Source: Nemertoderma westbladi (taxonomy: Eukaryota; Animalia; Xenacoelomorpha). Taken from it: 64,000 nt of DNA. Positions 34,681 to 48,147 of this stretch are shown here, one piece after another. The notes under the pieces are model-generated. The model made no database searches. It was not told the DNA's origin and saw only the letters and a program-made list of their open reading frames with translations. How positions within the stretch are numbered: position 1 is the stretch's first letter; each line of letters begins with the position of its first letter. Position numbers and translations under genes: made by a program. The stretch spans positions 2,449-66,448 of the forward strand of contig JAUCBJ010007659.1 of NCBI GenBank assembly GCA_032718475.1. Direction: 5' to 3'.

Positions 34681-36109
34681 ACGGCGTACTGGCACTCCCT
34701 AGCACACTGAGCCTAAATGTTACTATTTTAATCAACTCGATTTGTTTTAACGTATTTTTGCACTAGACCTTTGTACATATTATTCGAATTTTACCTATGC
34801 CAATATACATGCAGTTTAATTATTAATGATTTTAAAATACTCTATTTATAACATATTGTTTTTATTTATAACATTTGTAGGCCTACTTAGGCAATTCAAT
34901 GTATGTAATGTGTCTCGTAATTTAACTACAGTATATGGATACAGACTCTTATAACACTAATAAACAATACCAATACTAACGCTACTCCCATTCAAAATTC
35001 ATATTTGTCACAGTGGGAGTAAGTTACCAGGGGCGATATGTTCCCAAGGGGCGATAAAGGACCATTTGAGGGGCGATAAGTTCCCAGGGGGCGATAAGGG
35101 CGCAAGGGGCGATAAGGCCCTACAATCCCCGGGTCTACCACCTTCTTAGTTGCCACGGTAACCATCACTCATTGACACACTGGGCCACCAAGAACATTTA
35201 ATTCGTCCAATTCCTGACCTTCAATTTAATTATTTTATATTATTTATAAAGCAAACATTATTAATAGTATACTAGTACCATATTGTAATGTTTTATCACT
35301 AACTATAAACCAAACCTTCCCGCGTATTTTGTCCCATATCTCGAGAACTACAAGAGATCTCGAAAAACCGCTTAATTATTTGAAATCTCCAGTAAATTCG
35401 GTATCGAAAAAGTCAATAAAATTTTATGAAGGCGATAGGTCCCTTTCTATTTGCGACGGAATAAGTCATCATTTCCAATGCATGTTATTGGCTCCTGTTT
35501 GGAGTTATTCTTTCAAGTTATTGTTTAAAGGGCAAAGTTTACATACGGCGGGCGAATCGGCGCCTTAAAACATCATAGAATCAATTTAAATCAGAATATT
35601 ATTATAGTTGTGTATCGCTTTGAGATAACAAATATAAAGGAAGCTTCCTCCAATCTACCAATATCCGGCATTTCATTAAAACTGCTTATATGCAGTTTGT
35701 GCTTCTGGCAAACTGTATGCTTAGATTGTTTTACCCGCCATATAATTATTTTCTTACAAAGAAACATAATAATAACGAATTCTCGGAACTTCGTCATTCA
35801 TCGATTTATTTTGTCATTGACCCCATAGCAGCATACACACACAACCACAACTAAATTATTCTTACTTTTCAAGTTGTTCTATTGTGAACATCAGGGTAGA
35901 CACTCTGGTGGACTGGTAAGTTATTCACATGACTTACCAGTGCATCCAGCGGTGGAATGTTATCGCAATGAATTTTCTGCTGGTCCGAGTGCTTGTTTAC
36001 TGTCTGAAGTTATTTTATACCGGTATTCTATTCACAAAGAGGTACAGTGGATACATCCTTCTCTAAGTGAGCTTTTGTCCTCAAGTTAATCTTGTTCCAG
36101 ATGAGAAAA

Positions 36110-36380
36110 TCTCAACTAGTTTCGAATCAGGAGAGAATCTTTATAAATTTTCAGTTACCTCATTTGGCGTTACAAATGGTGTTCCAAAATTTCAAATAGA
36201 AATGTTAATTAGTTGATTGAAGAAAATAACCTCTAATGCCAACTTAGATTACATCACTGTAGGTGGTCATCACAAGAGGAGCAAGAACATTTTTTAGCGA
36301 GTTACAAGAAGTTCTAACGAGAGTTATTGTTCACGGTTTTCACGCCATTATTTGTTCAACAGAAAAAGTTTTTAGTATTT
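36110..36380 (+). pseudogene. Degenerate Ty3/Gypsy RT fragment
   Basis: Translates TSFESGENLYKFSVTSFGVTNGVPKFQIEM ... ANLDYITVGG, resembling TAF...PFG..N....FQR and YLDD; frameshifted. Confidence 0.6.
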
Positions 36381-36463
36381 TGATCTTTCAAATTTACTTT
36401 GATATGTACATTGATAGATGGAAAGAAATAATTAGGTTTAAATTCCCCACCAGCTACATGAAA

Positions 36464-36640
36464 GCGGGGTAGCCCAGTTGGTTGAGGGCCGGGCCTGCAA
36501 TCTATTGGTTGTAGGTTCGAGCCCCGCCAGGCTCCGCAGTCATCCTTTAATCTAATGGGGTCGACCCGCAGTCAGCCGGGTCGATCTAACGGGGTCGATA
36601 AAATGAAGACCAGTTGAATTACTCGGAGCAAAACTTGGTA
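36464..36640 (+). mobile_element. tRNA-derived SINE (Nin-domain-like) head and body
   Basis: A box TAGCCCAGTTGG (36470-36481), B box GGTTCGAGCC (36514-36523), core GGGGTCGATAAAATGAAGACCAG. Confidence 0.7.
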
Positions 36641-39455
36641 TATGAGTAGCGCCCACCCCTACCTTCGGGTAGCAGATAGGAGTAGCGCCCACCCCTACCT
36701 TCGGGTAGCAGATAGGAGTAGCGCCCACCCACCCCTACCTTCGGGTAGCAGATAGGAGTAGCGCCCACCCCTACCTTCGGGTAGCAGATAGGAGTAGCGC
36801 CCACCCCTACCTTCGGGTAGCAGATAGGAGTAGCGCCCACCCACCCCTACCTTCGGGTAGCAGATAGGAGTAGCGCCCACCCCTACCTTCGGGTAGCAGA
36901 TAGGAGTAGCGCCCAACCCCTACCTTCGGGTAGCTGATAGGAGTAGCGTCAACCCCTACCTTCGGGTAGCAGATAGGAGTAGCGCCAACCCCTACCTTCG
37001 GGTAGCAGATAGGAGTAGCGCCCACCCACCCCTACCTTCGGGTAGCAGATAGGAGTAGCGCCCACCCCTACCTTCGGGTAGCAGATAGGAGTAGCGTCAA
37101 CCCCTACCTTCGGGTAGCAGATATGAGTAGCGCTCACCCCTACCTTCGGGTAGCAGATAGGAGTAGCGCCCACCCACCCCTACCTTCGGGTAGCAGATAG
37201 GAGTAGCGCCCACCCCTACCTTCGGGTAGCAGATAGGAGTAGCGCCCAACCCCTACCTTCGGGTAGCAGGTAGGAGTAGCGCCCACCCACCCCTACCTTC
37301 GGGTAGCAGATAGGAGTAGCGCCCACCCCTACCTTCGGGTAGCAGATAGGAGTAGCGCCCAACCCCTACCTTCGGGTAGCTGATAGGAGTAGCGCCCACC
37401 CCTACCTTCGGGTAGCAGATAGGAGTAGCGCCCACCCCTACCTTCGGGTAGCAGATAGGAGTAGCGCCCCACCCCTACCTTCGGGTAGCAGATAGGAGTA
37501 GCGCCCACCCCTACCTTCGGGTAGCAGATAGGAGTAGCGCCCACCCCTACCTTCGGGTAGCAGATAGGAGTAGCGCCCACCCCTACCTTCGGGTAGCAGA
37601 TAGGAGTAGCGCCCACCCCTACCTTCGGGTAGCAGATAGGAGTAGCGCCCACCCCTACCTTCGGGTAGCAGATAGGAGTAGCGCCCACCCCTACCCTCGG
37701 GTAGCAGATAGGAGTAGCGCCCACCCCTACCTTCGGGTAGCAGATAGGAGTAGCGCCCACCCCTACCTTCGGGTAGCAGATAGGAGTAGCGCCCACCCCT
37801 ACCTTCGGGTAGCAGATAGGAGTAGCGCCCACCCCTACCTTCGGGTAGCAGATAGGAGTAGCGTCCACCCCTACCTTCGGGTAGCAGATAGGAGTAGCGC
37901 CCACCCCTACCTTCGGGTAGCAGATAGGAGTAGCGCCCACCCCTACCTTCGGGTAGCAGATAGGAGTAGCGCCCACCCCTACCTTCGGGTAGCAGATAGG
38001 AGTAGCGCCCACCCCTACCTTCGGGTAGCAGATAGGAGTAGCGCCCACCCCTACCTTCGGGTAGCAGATAGGAGTAGCGCCCACCCCTACCTTCGGGTAG
38101 CAGATAGGAGTAGCGCCCACCCCTACCTTCGGGTAGCAGATAGGAGTAGCGCCCACCCCTACCTTCGGGTAGCAGATAGGAGTAGCGCCCACCCCTACCT
38201 TCGGGTAGCAGATAGGAGTAGCGCCCACCCCTACCTTCGGGTAGCAGATAGGAGTAGCGTCCACCCCTACCTTCGGGTAGCAGATAGGAGTAGCGCCCAC
38301 CCCTACCTTCGGGTAGCAGATAGGAGTAGCGCCCACCCCTACCTTCGGGTAGCAGATAGGAGTAGCGCCCACCCCTACCTTCGGGTAGCAGATAGGAGTA
38401 GCGTCCACCCCTACCTTCGGGTAGCAGATAGGAGTAGCGCCCACCCCTACCTTCGGGTAGCAGATAGGAGTAGCGCCCACCCCTACCTTCGGGTAGCAGA
38501 TAGGAGTAGCGCCCACCCCTACCTTCGGGTAGCAGATAGGAGTAGCGCTCCACCCCTACCTTCGGGTAGCAGATAGGAGTAGCGCTCACCCCTACCTTCG
38601 GGTAGCAGATAGGAGTAGCGCCACCCCTACCTTCGGGTAGCAGATAGGAGTAGCGTCCACCCCTACCTTCGGGTAGCAGATAGGAGTAGCGTCCACCCTA
38701 CCTTCGGGTAGCAGATGGAGTAGCGCCCAACCCTACCTTCGGGTAGCAGATAGTGAGTAGCGTCACACCCCTACCTTCGGGTAGCAGATAGGAGTAGCGC
38801 CCACCCCTACCTTCGGGTAGCAGATAGGAGTAGCGCCCACCCCTACCTTCGGGTAGCAGATAGGAGTAGCGTCCACCCCTACCTTCGGGTAGCAGATAGG
38901 AGTAGCGCCCACCCCTACCTTCGGGTAGCAGATAGGAGTAGCGCCCACCCCTACCTTCGGGTAGCAGATAGGAGTAGCGCCCACCCCTACCTTCGGGTAG
39001 CAGATAGGAGTAGCGTCCACCCCTACCTTCGGGTAGCAGATAGGAGTAGCGCCCACCCCTACCTTCGGGTAGCAGATAGGAGTAGCGCCCACCCCTACCT
39101 TCGGGTAGCAGATAGGAGTAGCGCCCACCCCTACCTTCGGGTAGCAGATAGGAGTAGCGTCCACCCCTACCTTCGGGTAGCAGATAGGAGTAGCGCCCAC
39201 CCCTACCTTCGGGTAGCAGATAGGAGTAGCGCCCACCCCTACCTTCGGGTAGCAGATAGGAGTAGCGCCCACCCCTACCTTCGGGTAGCAGATAGGAGTA
39301 GCGCTCACCCCTACCTTCGGGTAGCAGATAGGAGTAGCGCTCACCCCTACCTTCGGGTAGCAGATATGAGTAGCGCTCACCCCTACCTTCGGGTAGCAGA
39401 TATGAGTAGCGTCAACCCCTACCTTCGGGTAGCAGATAGGAGTAGCGTCAACCCC
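36641..39455. repeat. 36-bp tandem minisatellite with a CUACC-UUCG-GGUAG hairpin in each unit
   Basis: Unit GAGTAGCGCCCACCCCTACCTTCGGGTAGCAGATAG, about 78 copies. Confidence 0.96.
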
Positions 39456-39994
39456 TTGCTTACTTTACTTTTAGTAATTGTTTGTCGGTGACACCTGAGG
39501 CCGAGGTCTCAAAGCTCCTGAGCTCTCGAGCAAACGAAGAGCCGTCGATGTCCAACGGCTCGGGCGCTCGGGTGCCCAGGGCTCGTGTGCCCGATCCCCA
39601 AGTGCCCGATCCCGAGTCTCGAGTGCCGACTTTGGAGACCCTCTCCAAACCATCGGGTACCCGAGATCCCGAGCGAAAATCGAGGTCGCGAGCATGTTCG
39701 AGAGCTTCGAGACCTCCGCTCCAGATGTATAACTTTAAATGTAATTGCATCCAACTTCTTGGGCTCAGTTGTTTTTTAGTTTGTGGTACTTCTATATACA
39801 CATTGTTATTTTTTCATATAATAAAAATAATAATAACAATTATCATATATTTTATACTGTTTCAATTGTAGTTTGACATAGGCCTATGGCCTATATAAAT
39901 AGTGAATTATAGTTTAAATTTTAAAATTTTAATTCTAGTAAAAGCAACAATATTTAAGGATTTAGGTCATTTTTCGAAACTTTTGGAGACAAAA

Positions 39995-40209
39995 ATGGGC
40001 AATGAAAGCAATTTAAATGAACTGCCAATAATTCCTGATTTCAATGGATTACCTGAAAAATACCCAAATGGAACTTCAGACAAAGAAATAATGAATGATT
40101 TCTTCATCAAAATATTCATTTTTCTACTAATATCAGCATCAATTGGAGTTGTTGGAAATGGTGTTGTTGTGACAACATTTCTCAAAAAGAAACTTAAGAA
40201 AACTCCAAG
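39995..40209 (+). CDS. Class A (rhodopsin-like) GPCR, first coding exon (N-terminus and TM1)
   Basis: MGNESN...FFIKIFIFLLISASIGVVGNGVVVTTFLKKKLKKTP with N-glycosylation sequons and the TM1 GN motif; ends at AG|GTAAGT, phase 2. Confidence 0.85.
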
Positions 40210-40699
40210 GTAAGTGTTCAATATAATAATAATGGTACTGTAAATGTACCTGTATGTATCTGGCATTCTTTGATCGTATCTAAAGATTTAATTCACATTA
40301 TGTAATATTTGAGAATATGAAGATGCCCCGCATGCAAAAATACTGATCCAGATCACCCATTTGTTAAGCAAACACCCATAGAGTGCAGCAAGATCAACAC
40401 TTAAATGCAATTGCAAGTTAGATAGCAGATGAGGATGAGGTCTGATATTAAACTCCTTATCCTGTTATCCGAAACCAGGTAGCAGTAATTTTCAACATTG
40501 GCTTCAATATTGACGATCTGTCCGTGCTCGACAATTTGAATGGGCACGATGACGCGATGTTTTCGGAGCTACAGCCTCAGAAATCTTAGGATATCTATCT
40601 GAAAGCGTGGGCACCATTAAACATCGTAAACAATGATAACGCTGGTGATTTTTTTTTAAATAAAACAATATATTTGATATAAAAACGTAACGGAAAACA

Positions 40700-40882
40700 C
40701 TATTTTCCACTCATTTTCTTTAGCAAAATTTAGTTACTCTGCCCTCGTGTGTTGAGTTTTCGACTCGTTGGCATTTTAACACTCTCTTCGCTCGTGCTAA
40801 AAACCTACCAACTCGTGTAAAACTCTACCACTCGGACAGTATATGACTTTCATTTCGCTAAATTGAAAATGAGTGAAAAAAG
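40700..40882. mobile_element. Small foldback MITE
   Basis: CACTCATTTTC/GAAAATGAGTG outer arms and GAGTTTTCGACTCGTTGG/CCAACTCGTGTAAAACTC inner arms. Confidence 0.5.
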
Positions 40883-42216
40883 CTTCCGCTTTCTTTTTTA
40901 TTTATCGAATAATAGTCCTATTTCTAATGTTCAATTGTCAGTCAATTGTAAATTGATCAATTTCCTATCCTTCTTTGCAGATAGCCGATCCATCTTAGTG
41001 TGCTGTCAGAAAGAAAAAACGTAAAAAATAGATAGATAGATAGATACAGCAGCGGACTAAACAACTTAAAACTCATAAACACAATTATTACTTATTTTCA
41101 TCAATGCCTAGAATGTTTATATATTAACAAAGATGAACCATTTTGTTCTTACAGGAATTTTTATATAAACGTAGCAACGTAGGTCTACATCAACTCAGTT
41201 AATAGATGACGGATACATAAAAAAAACATTACTTTAAACTAGCAATGAGTGTCTGTCATTCTGTAATATAATATTTCGTCATAAGCACTTCGTCAATATT
41301 AGGCAGTCATACAATATCAGGCAGTCCATCCTGCCACCATGCAATCTGCTGGTGAATCACCTTTGACCTTAACACCTCTTTCTTTCATGATTATATGCCA
41401 GGCTTGAGCAGATTTTATATTATTAATTTTGCATACTTCCTGGCATCCTCGCTTTTGGCGTGTTTGTACATCGGGGTGGGATTTACTTTATATGGGTATC
41501 AATAAGTTTCTCCATTTGGTACATAATGAATTGATCTGCCGGGATTAAATTTGGACTCAACTGGGATTATATTTATCCTTCGGAGGTTTAAGGTGGACTG
41601 TTAATGTTGAGGTAGGCACGATTGGTAGCCTTTTATCTTTTGGATGTAGAGACACGAGATAGTATGATTGATATATTATGAAATATGGTTCCCATGTGAA
41701 CTCCTGTATCCCGATGTTGTATGTAGACATAGACAGTGACATATATTTGCGATTCCAAATTGTCAAAAAAAAAGCAGTGAGTAAAATTGAGCAGTGTAAA
41801 ATAGATACAACGTGTCAAAAGATGTCAAAAAATAATTCGGTTAAGGATTGGGTTTCAATGTCGGTGTTTTCTAACAAAAACAATAAACAAAACAATACGC
41901 GACAAAAATGAAAATATTATTATAGTTAAAGTAAAGTTACAAAATATTGCATGAATTATACTGTAGTTCCTTTTCTTCTATGATGGGTTTATAACTTTAT
42001 AATTATAGCATATAATTAAAAATTATAAGTGATGCCATCAGCATAATATGACAAAGTTGACATAAACTGTACGTTAAGTTTCGAATTGGTGTAGTACTGT
42101 AGTGGTAAAACCTGTGGCCTTTAATTGACTTCTGAGTTCAGGTAGTGGGTTAGAGGGATAGTTTTCGTTTCGGCACGAATGCGACTAGCCTTTGCACATC
42201 TGCCTTACATTTCACC

Positions 42217-42740
42217 GTATATGTCAGAGAGACCGATTGATTTCCTCGGCACATCAATTCGTCATTTCTTAACTCATCGAAAGTATTTCAGCGATTCCTT
42301 AAAGTACCTTGTTAATTAGTTGTAATTAATTTAGTTATTTCCAGTAACTCCTGAGGAAAACTTTACTTTATTTACTTGACTTCATATTAATTATTTTACT
42401 TACATAAAATGTAAATTATTCCATTTCTATTTCTACTGCACATTCAAACCTGGAAGGATGATTTCCAAGTGGCAAGCCCTTGGGTTTTCAGATAACCCTA
42501 ATTGAATGTGTCAATTTCTCTGATACAATTTGTAATTTGACTCTTCCCGACTTGTAATTGAATCCTAAATGGAATGTCATAAAATTTTCTCGTCAGCATT
42601 CCGAACAATTTCAACATTTCAACCATTAATTACTACTAACTAACAAGGTACTTTAAAGGAATCGCTACTGTAATACTTTCGATGAGTTAAAAAATTACGA
42701 AATGACGCTGAAGAAATCAATCGGTCTCTCTGACTTATAC
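42217..42740. mobile_element. MITE with ~110-bp terminal inverted repeats
   Basis: GTCAGAGAGACCGATTGATTTC...TTTAAAGTACCTTGTTA is mirrored at 42625-42740. Confidence 0.75.
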
Positions 42741-43879
42741 TTCTTCTCATACTTCTGACTTATTCTATCATGTGTCGAATTTAATTGAGATTACCAATCT
42801 GCAAGCAGTTTTCTCACATCTTTTCTCAAACTCTAGTTATTACCCAAAACGTAAGAGCTAGTCTGATCTTTGACAAGCCTTCGAGTAGCACTATTTTTTA
42901 CAATTGTACGTGGCCCTTTTCATAAAAAAAGCTCTCACGGTACAGCTATGAATAAAATTGCTAAAACGTTGTTTTACTAGTTATCTGTTTAGCAAGCATG
43001 AAAAATTTCGTTGAATTTCATTCATTTTTGACAATATTAATTTTGAACATAGAAAAATGGTATTATCTAAAATAGCGGGAAGGTTTGAATTGTCCCACAA
43101 GTTTTAAACACCCATATCTCAGAATGACGTTTTTTCATGAAAAAGGCTATTTCTCCGGCAATTTTAACTGAAATGAATTGGTACACTTGTTAAATTACCT
43201 TTCTCCATACTTCTTCTGAACAAATTTGATTGGAAATGCCGTGGAGCCTTTTTATTTCAAAAACGCCCAAAAAGCCCTTTTGGGGACTTTTTGTTCTAAA
43301 AAGGCTCCAGGGCATTTGAGGCAAAATTTATTCAGAAGAATTAGATGCAGTGTTCTATTGAACTTATATTCCAAATTTCGACAAATTTCAACAAATATTG
43401 GTGGAGAAATAGCCCTTGGCGTAAAAAGGCACTTTTGGCCATTACGGAGCCATTTTGGGACCAATTTTAAAAATATTTGGTTTAGTTATTCTTACGCAGT
43501 TCAGACGATATTTAGTTGCTCAAAAATTAATTTTCACCCAATTTTAGGGCCCAGAGACATAAAAATGTGAAGTTCAATTTGGGGGCGCTACCCCCCCCCC
43601 CCCCCCCCCTAATCAGATGACGGCAGTCAGCTGATCGGTAGGTTTCGCGTCACGAAGGAAGGCATTATCCGGAGGCCAAGCTAAGAGATGACATTTAGAG
43701 TGTCAAGTCCCAAATTGAGAAGGAATGAGAAATGAAACAAAGAGATACCAGTAACTATCCACTGGGAAGCAGCACGACAAACTTGAGCCAATAGACATTT
43801 TATTTAAATCGTTGGCGTCGCCATCGAAAATGGTTAAACTCTAATAAGTTGGCAAATAATGGATGTAAATAATAATTAA

Positions 43880-44220
43880 CTAGTATCGAGCGAACTCGGA
43901 CAGTGGAAATGAGATCCTTCCAGGCTTCACGATTCTCCGCAATTTCCTTTCTCCCAAGTTCAGTATCCCTTTCAAGTTGATCTATATATGTTATGGCCGG
44001 TCGTCCACGACTACGCTTTCCATGAGTTGGTTGCCAGAAAAGTAGATCTGATATGACCTCGTCTTTACTTCGCCAGCAGTGGCCACTGAATCTTAATCTG
44101 CGTTCACGCAGGGTGGTTGATACAGGTGGTATTGTATCATAAAGCTCGGCGTTTGTCATGTGTTGTCTCTCCAGCTGATGTTAGATGCCCTTTTAGTAGT
44201 CTTGTGTTGCAACAATCAAT
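43880..44220 (-). mobile_element. RTE-like LINE 3' fragment
   Basis: LRERRLRFSGHCWR...KRSRGRPAITYIDQL, typical of the RTE ORF C-terminus. Confidence 0.75.
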
Positions 44221-46039
44221 TCGGTGTTCAAAGTGATTTCGTCAGTGCAGTGTAATAATAGTAGTGTAATAGTGTATATTAAATAAATAATGGACTTAAA
44301 GCGAATTAAATGTGTAATTTTATATATTATATAAATTTACAACCTAAAGTACTTCGCACATGAAGTATGTAAATACGAACCCTATAAATTCATTCATATA
44401 GAGTGAAATATTCAACTGATACACGAGTAAGTACAAGTGATGATAGAGTTTGGAGCTGGGCAAAAGCCCCCACACTCCTCATGTAGAAAATAATGCACTT
44501 CGCAACCAAATTATTGGGATACCACGAAGCACCTGTTCTGCAATTGATAACCTCCGATAAATATTGTACTTTTGAATGATAATGTGTGAGATTAGAGTTT
44601 TATAATGGATTGTGAATCGATTAAATTTCAGGTTCAGTATTCGGAATTATAGTATGAGTTCCACTGGTATTTGGCCTAACATATAGAATTACTCCACTCA
44701 CATACAGTATTTGTGGTAGTGTAATTTGGAACTCTAATCCGTCACTCTGATAAAACACTAATCTTGAATCAATGGGTCTTGAAATATATTTTTATAAATA
44801 AACTAATGGGCTAAACCCCGAAAATAAACCTATAACGAATATAAAAAAGAAGTCGCAGCTAAACGTAACTGTATCAGTGATCTAACGGATACTCTGGATA
44901 AAGGAATGTAAACTGTGTGTGTGATCCAGAACTGGCTGCATAATCCTTGAGACAGACTGAACTGGGGAATCAAATACCATCCAATATCATACGAAACAAG
45001 CGACACTGAGAGCTAAATGAAACAAAATTATACATGATCTACAAAAGCTATATATAAAGAAACTCAATGACCAGTTAGAGCAACAGGCCGAAGAAATCGC
45101 ATCAGCACCAACAACTGTGCGAATGTTTCTACAGACCAAATGTAACAAGAAAATATCCAAAAAACACTGCAAAACTGCAGAGTGCTAAGACTAAACCGCA
45201 GAGTTTTAAGTCTCTAAGATATGTTGTTGTTCTGGTGAGTGGAATCTGCCCGAGGCATAGTGAAGAGGATGAGCTCCAATTGATTTTTGATAGGCATATA
45301 ACAGTCGATCGCATTACGACTAGAGTATTTTGGTGACTTGAAAACTATGCGTCTGACAGTCCAGTACAATTTCAAGGATACATTAGTCAGTAGTAATTTT
45401 TGACCTGCTGGAATCATCTGTCGTGAATGGGTTGCGTAAGACACAACATCAGGAACAACTAGAGCAGTATATTGTAAGATGGCTGTCCGAGGGAATGAAC
45501 AACATCACTTACGTCATAGACACAGGAAATATCTTTAACAAAACCAAACCAATGGAACAGATGGAGCTTGGATCTAATGTGGATTTGACAATTGCCAACT
45601 TTAATACAAAAGGATTTTTAGGGAACCAGGACTGGATGGGGACCAGAACCATGATCTGTGAACTGCTACATCATTGCGACTTTGTTGGTATTCAGGAGTA
45701 CTGGCTCGATGATGTTGAGTGTGATACACTACTACATGTTATTGATGACAATTTTCACTGTGAATACAGCATTAGCAATCTTATGGGCAAGACAAATAAA
45801 GTGAGAGTCGCTGGTTGTACTGCCCTGTTCTCTCGGGAGGACAAGATTAACTGCTGTTTACGTGTCAACTCTGGGGATGTCATTGCTGGCGTTGTGGTTC
45901 ACTTAAAGGGACTGCTGGACCACCCTACCGGTGATTGTGTGTTATTCCCCTAATGCTATGCTGGTAAGGAGGTTGCTGCCTATAGTGACTTTATAGGGCG
46001 CCTGGGAACATTGGTTGATACTTACAGCGATCTAATAAT

Positions 46040-47262
46040 TTAATAAAATTTCTTTTTATTCGCAAAAACTCCGCAACAAGTTAAAAAACCGCACAGAGGC
46101 AGCCTAACAGAATAAGATCCCATTATAGCTGATTATTACGCGAATAAAGCGTCACAACCTACGATTTAATTTGTACTATAAAATTAACATACAGTAGTTT
46201 TAGTACTCAACTAATCTATAATAATGTACTGTACAATATGTACACAGTACCTTAAGCACAAACTTCGATCAAACTCGTTAGCCAGCTGTCTCCGGCATAT
46301 ATTTGTTTAAATTTATAGTCATATTAGTGTGTTTAATTTATGTTATGTCGTCACGTGAGTACATTTTGTAAAATTCCTTCTTTAGTTTATTTGTAAATTT
46401 GCTATATGACTTTGTTTCGCGAATATTTAAATTTAGAGAATTCCACAGTCTCGTACAACTAACCATCACGCTGTTGTATCCAAATTTTGTTTTTGTTTTT
46501 GGTACTTTGATACGGAATGTTCTTTTATTTATGTTTTTATTTTGCTTTTTAGAATTTTTAAGGAAAGCAATACTTAGATTTTTAAATGGTGTTGATAAAT
46601 CGAAAAAATATTTAAAGAAGTATTTTAGTACGTAGAAATTTCTAAGTGCTTGTAAGTGGGGTAATTTTGCCTTAGTGCGTAATTCTGTCCCAGTGGCATC
46701 TCTGATTTTTTTGCAGTAGACAGTGCGTAGCCCGTAGTTTTGAATTTTATCTAGCCCGTAAAGTAATTCTTTGTACCCGTGTGTCATATGTAGTGGTGTA
46801 ATAATTTCACAGCAGTAATTATGTAGTGGTAGGACAGTAGCCTTATACACTGTTAGTTTCGTGTTAGTAGGTAATTGACCTTTAATAAGTCTTAAACATG
46901 ATACTGCATGGGTCATTTTCTCAGCAATCAATTTTATTTGTGGCTTCCAAGTAATTTTATTATCAATTATTATTCCTAGGTATTTAAATTGCGAGCTCTG
47001 TTTAACGGTTGCTTTTCCTATGTGCAGGTTAATTTTTTCTATCTCATTTGTTCTAGAATGTGGAGTTATTAAAATAAATTCAGTTTTTTCGGGATTTAGT
47101 TGCATTTTTAAACTTGAAAAGGTACTATCTATTTTTAATATACGATTTGATAAAGTTTGGGTAGCAGCGATCGGATCCGGTCCTGATGCAAAGATTAGAG
47201 TGTCGTCAGCGTATTGAATAATGTTAAGGTCTTCAGATTCAGCAATTTCGTTGACGTATATG
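46040..47262 (-). mobile_element. 5'-truncated CR1/L2-type LINE (RT C-terminus and 3' UTR)
   Basis: IYVNEI...QYADDT...LNPEKTE...KYLGIIID...RLWNSL; AT-rich tail near 46040. Confidence 0.85.
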
Positions 47263-48147
47263 ACGTATCTCACCCCTATTATATTAGCAGACACCAATGC
47301 TGACCTTGTCAAACTCCAAGGATTCACACACAATAGAGACAGTGGCCCGTATGCATAAAACAGTCGTAAATTTACGTCCATCGTAACTCTAAATGATTCG
47401 TAAGTTGGATTACGACTATCGTAGTCACGATTATCGTATATTGGTATATTGGTATATTGGTACTTGAAAAGGTACTATCTATTTTTAATATACGATTTGA
47501 TAAAGTTTGGGTAGCAGCGATCGGATCCGGTCCTGATGCAAAGATTAGAGTGTCGTCAGCGTATTGAATAATGTTAAGGTCTTCAGATTCAGCAATTTCG
47601 TTGACGTATATGACGTATCTCACCCCTATTATATTAGCAGACACCAATGCTGACCTTGTCAAACTCCAAGGATTCACACACAATAGAGACAGTGGCCCGT
47701 ATGCATAAAACAGTCGTAAATTTACGTCCATCGTAACTCTAAATGATTCGTAAGTTGGATTACGACTATCGTAGTCACGATTATCGTATATTGGTATATT
47801 GGTATATTGGTACTTGAAAAGGTACTATCTATTTTTAATATACGATTTGATAAAGTTTGGGTAGCAGCGATCGGATCCGGTCCTGATGCAAAGATTAGAG
47901 TGTCGTCAGCGTATTGAATAATGTTAAGGTCTTCAGATTCAGCAATTTCGTTGACGTATATGACGTATCTCACCCCTATTATATTAGCAGACACCAATGC
48001 TGACCTTGTCAAACTCCAAGGATTCACACACAATAGAGACAGTGGCCCGTATGCATAAAACAGTCGTAAATTTACGTCCATCGTAACTCTAAATGATTCG
48101 TAAGTTGGATTACGACTATCGTAGTCACGATTATCGTATATTGGTAT
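47112..48147. repeat. 350-bp tandem triplication spanning LINE/LINE/MITE junctions
   Basis: Identical blocks start at 47112, 47462 and 47812. Confidence 0.93.

Noticed and set aside
36464-36535. tRNA gene
   Set aside because: A and B boxes are present, but the cloverleaf is imperfect and runs into a SINE core; the same holds for 511-575.
36641-39455. 36-bp hairpin repeat as a CRISPR array or repeat protein
   Set aside because: Units are contiguous with no unique spacers, there are no cas genes, and the context is eukaryotic.
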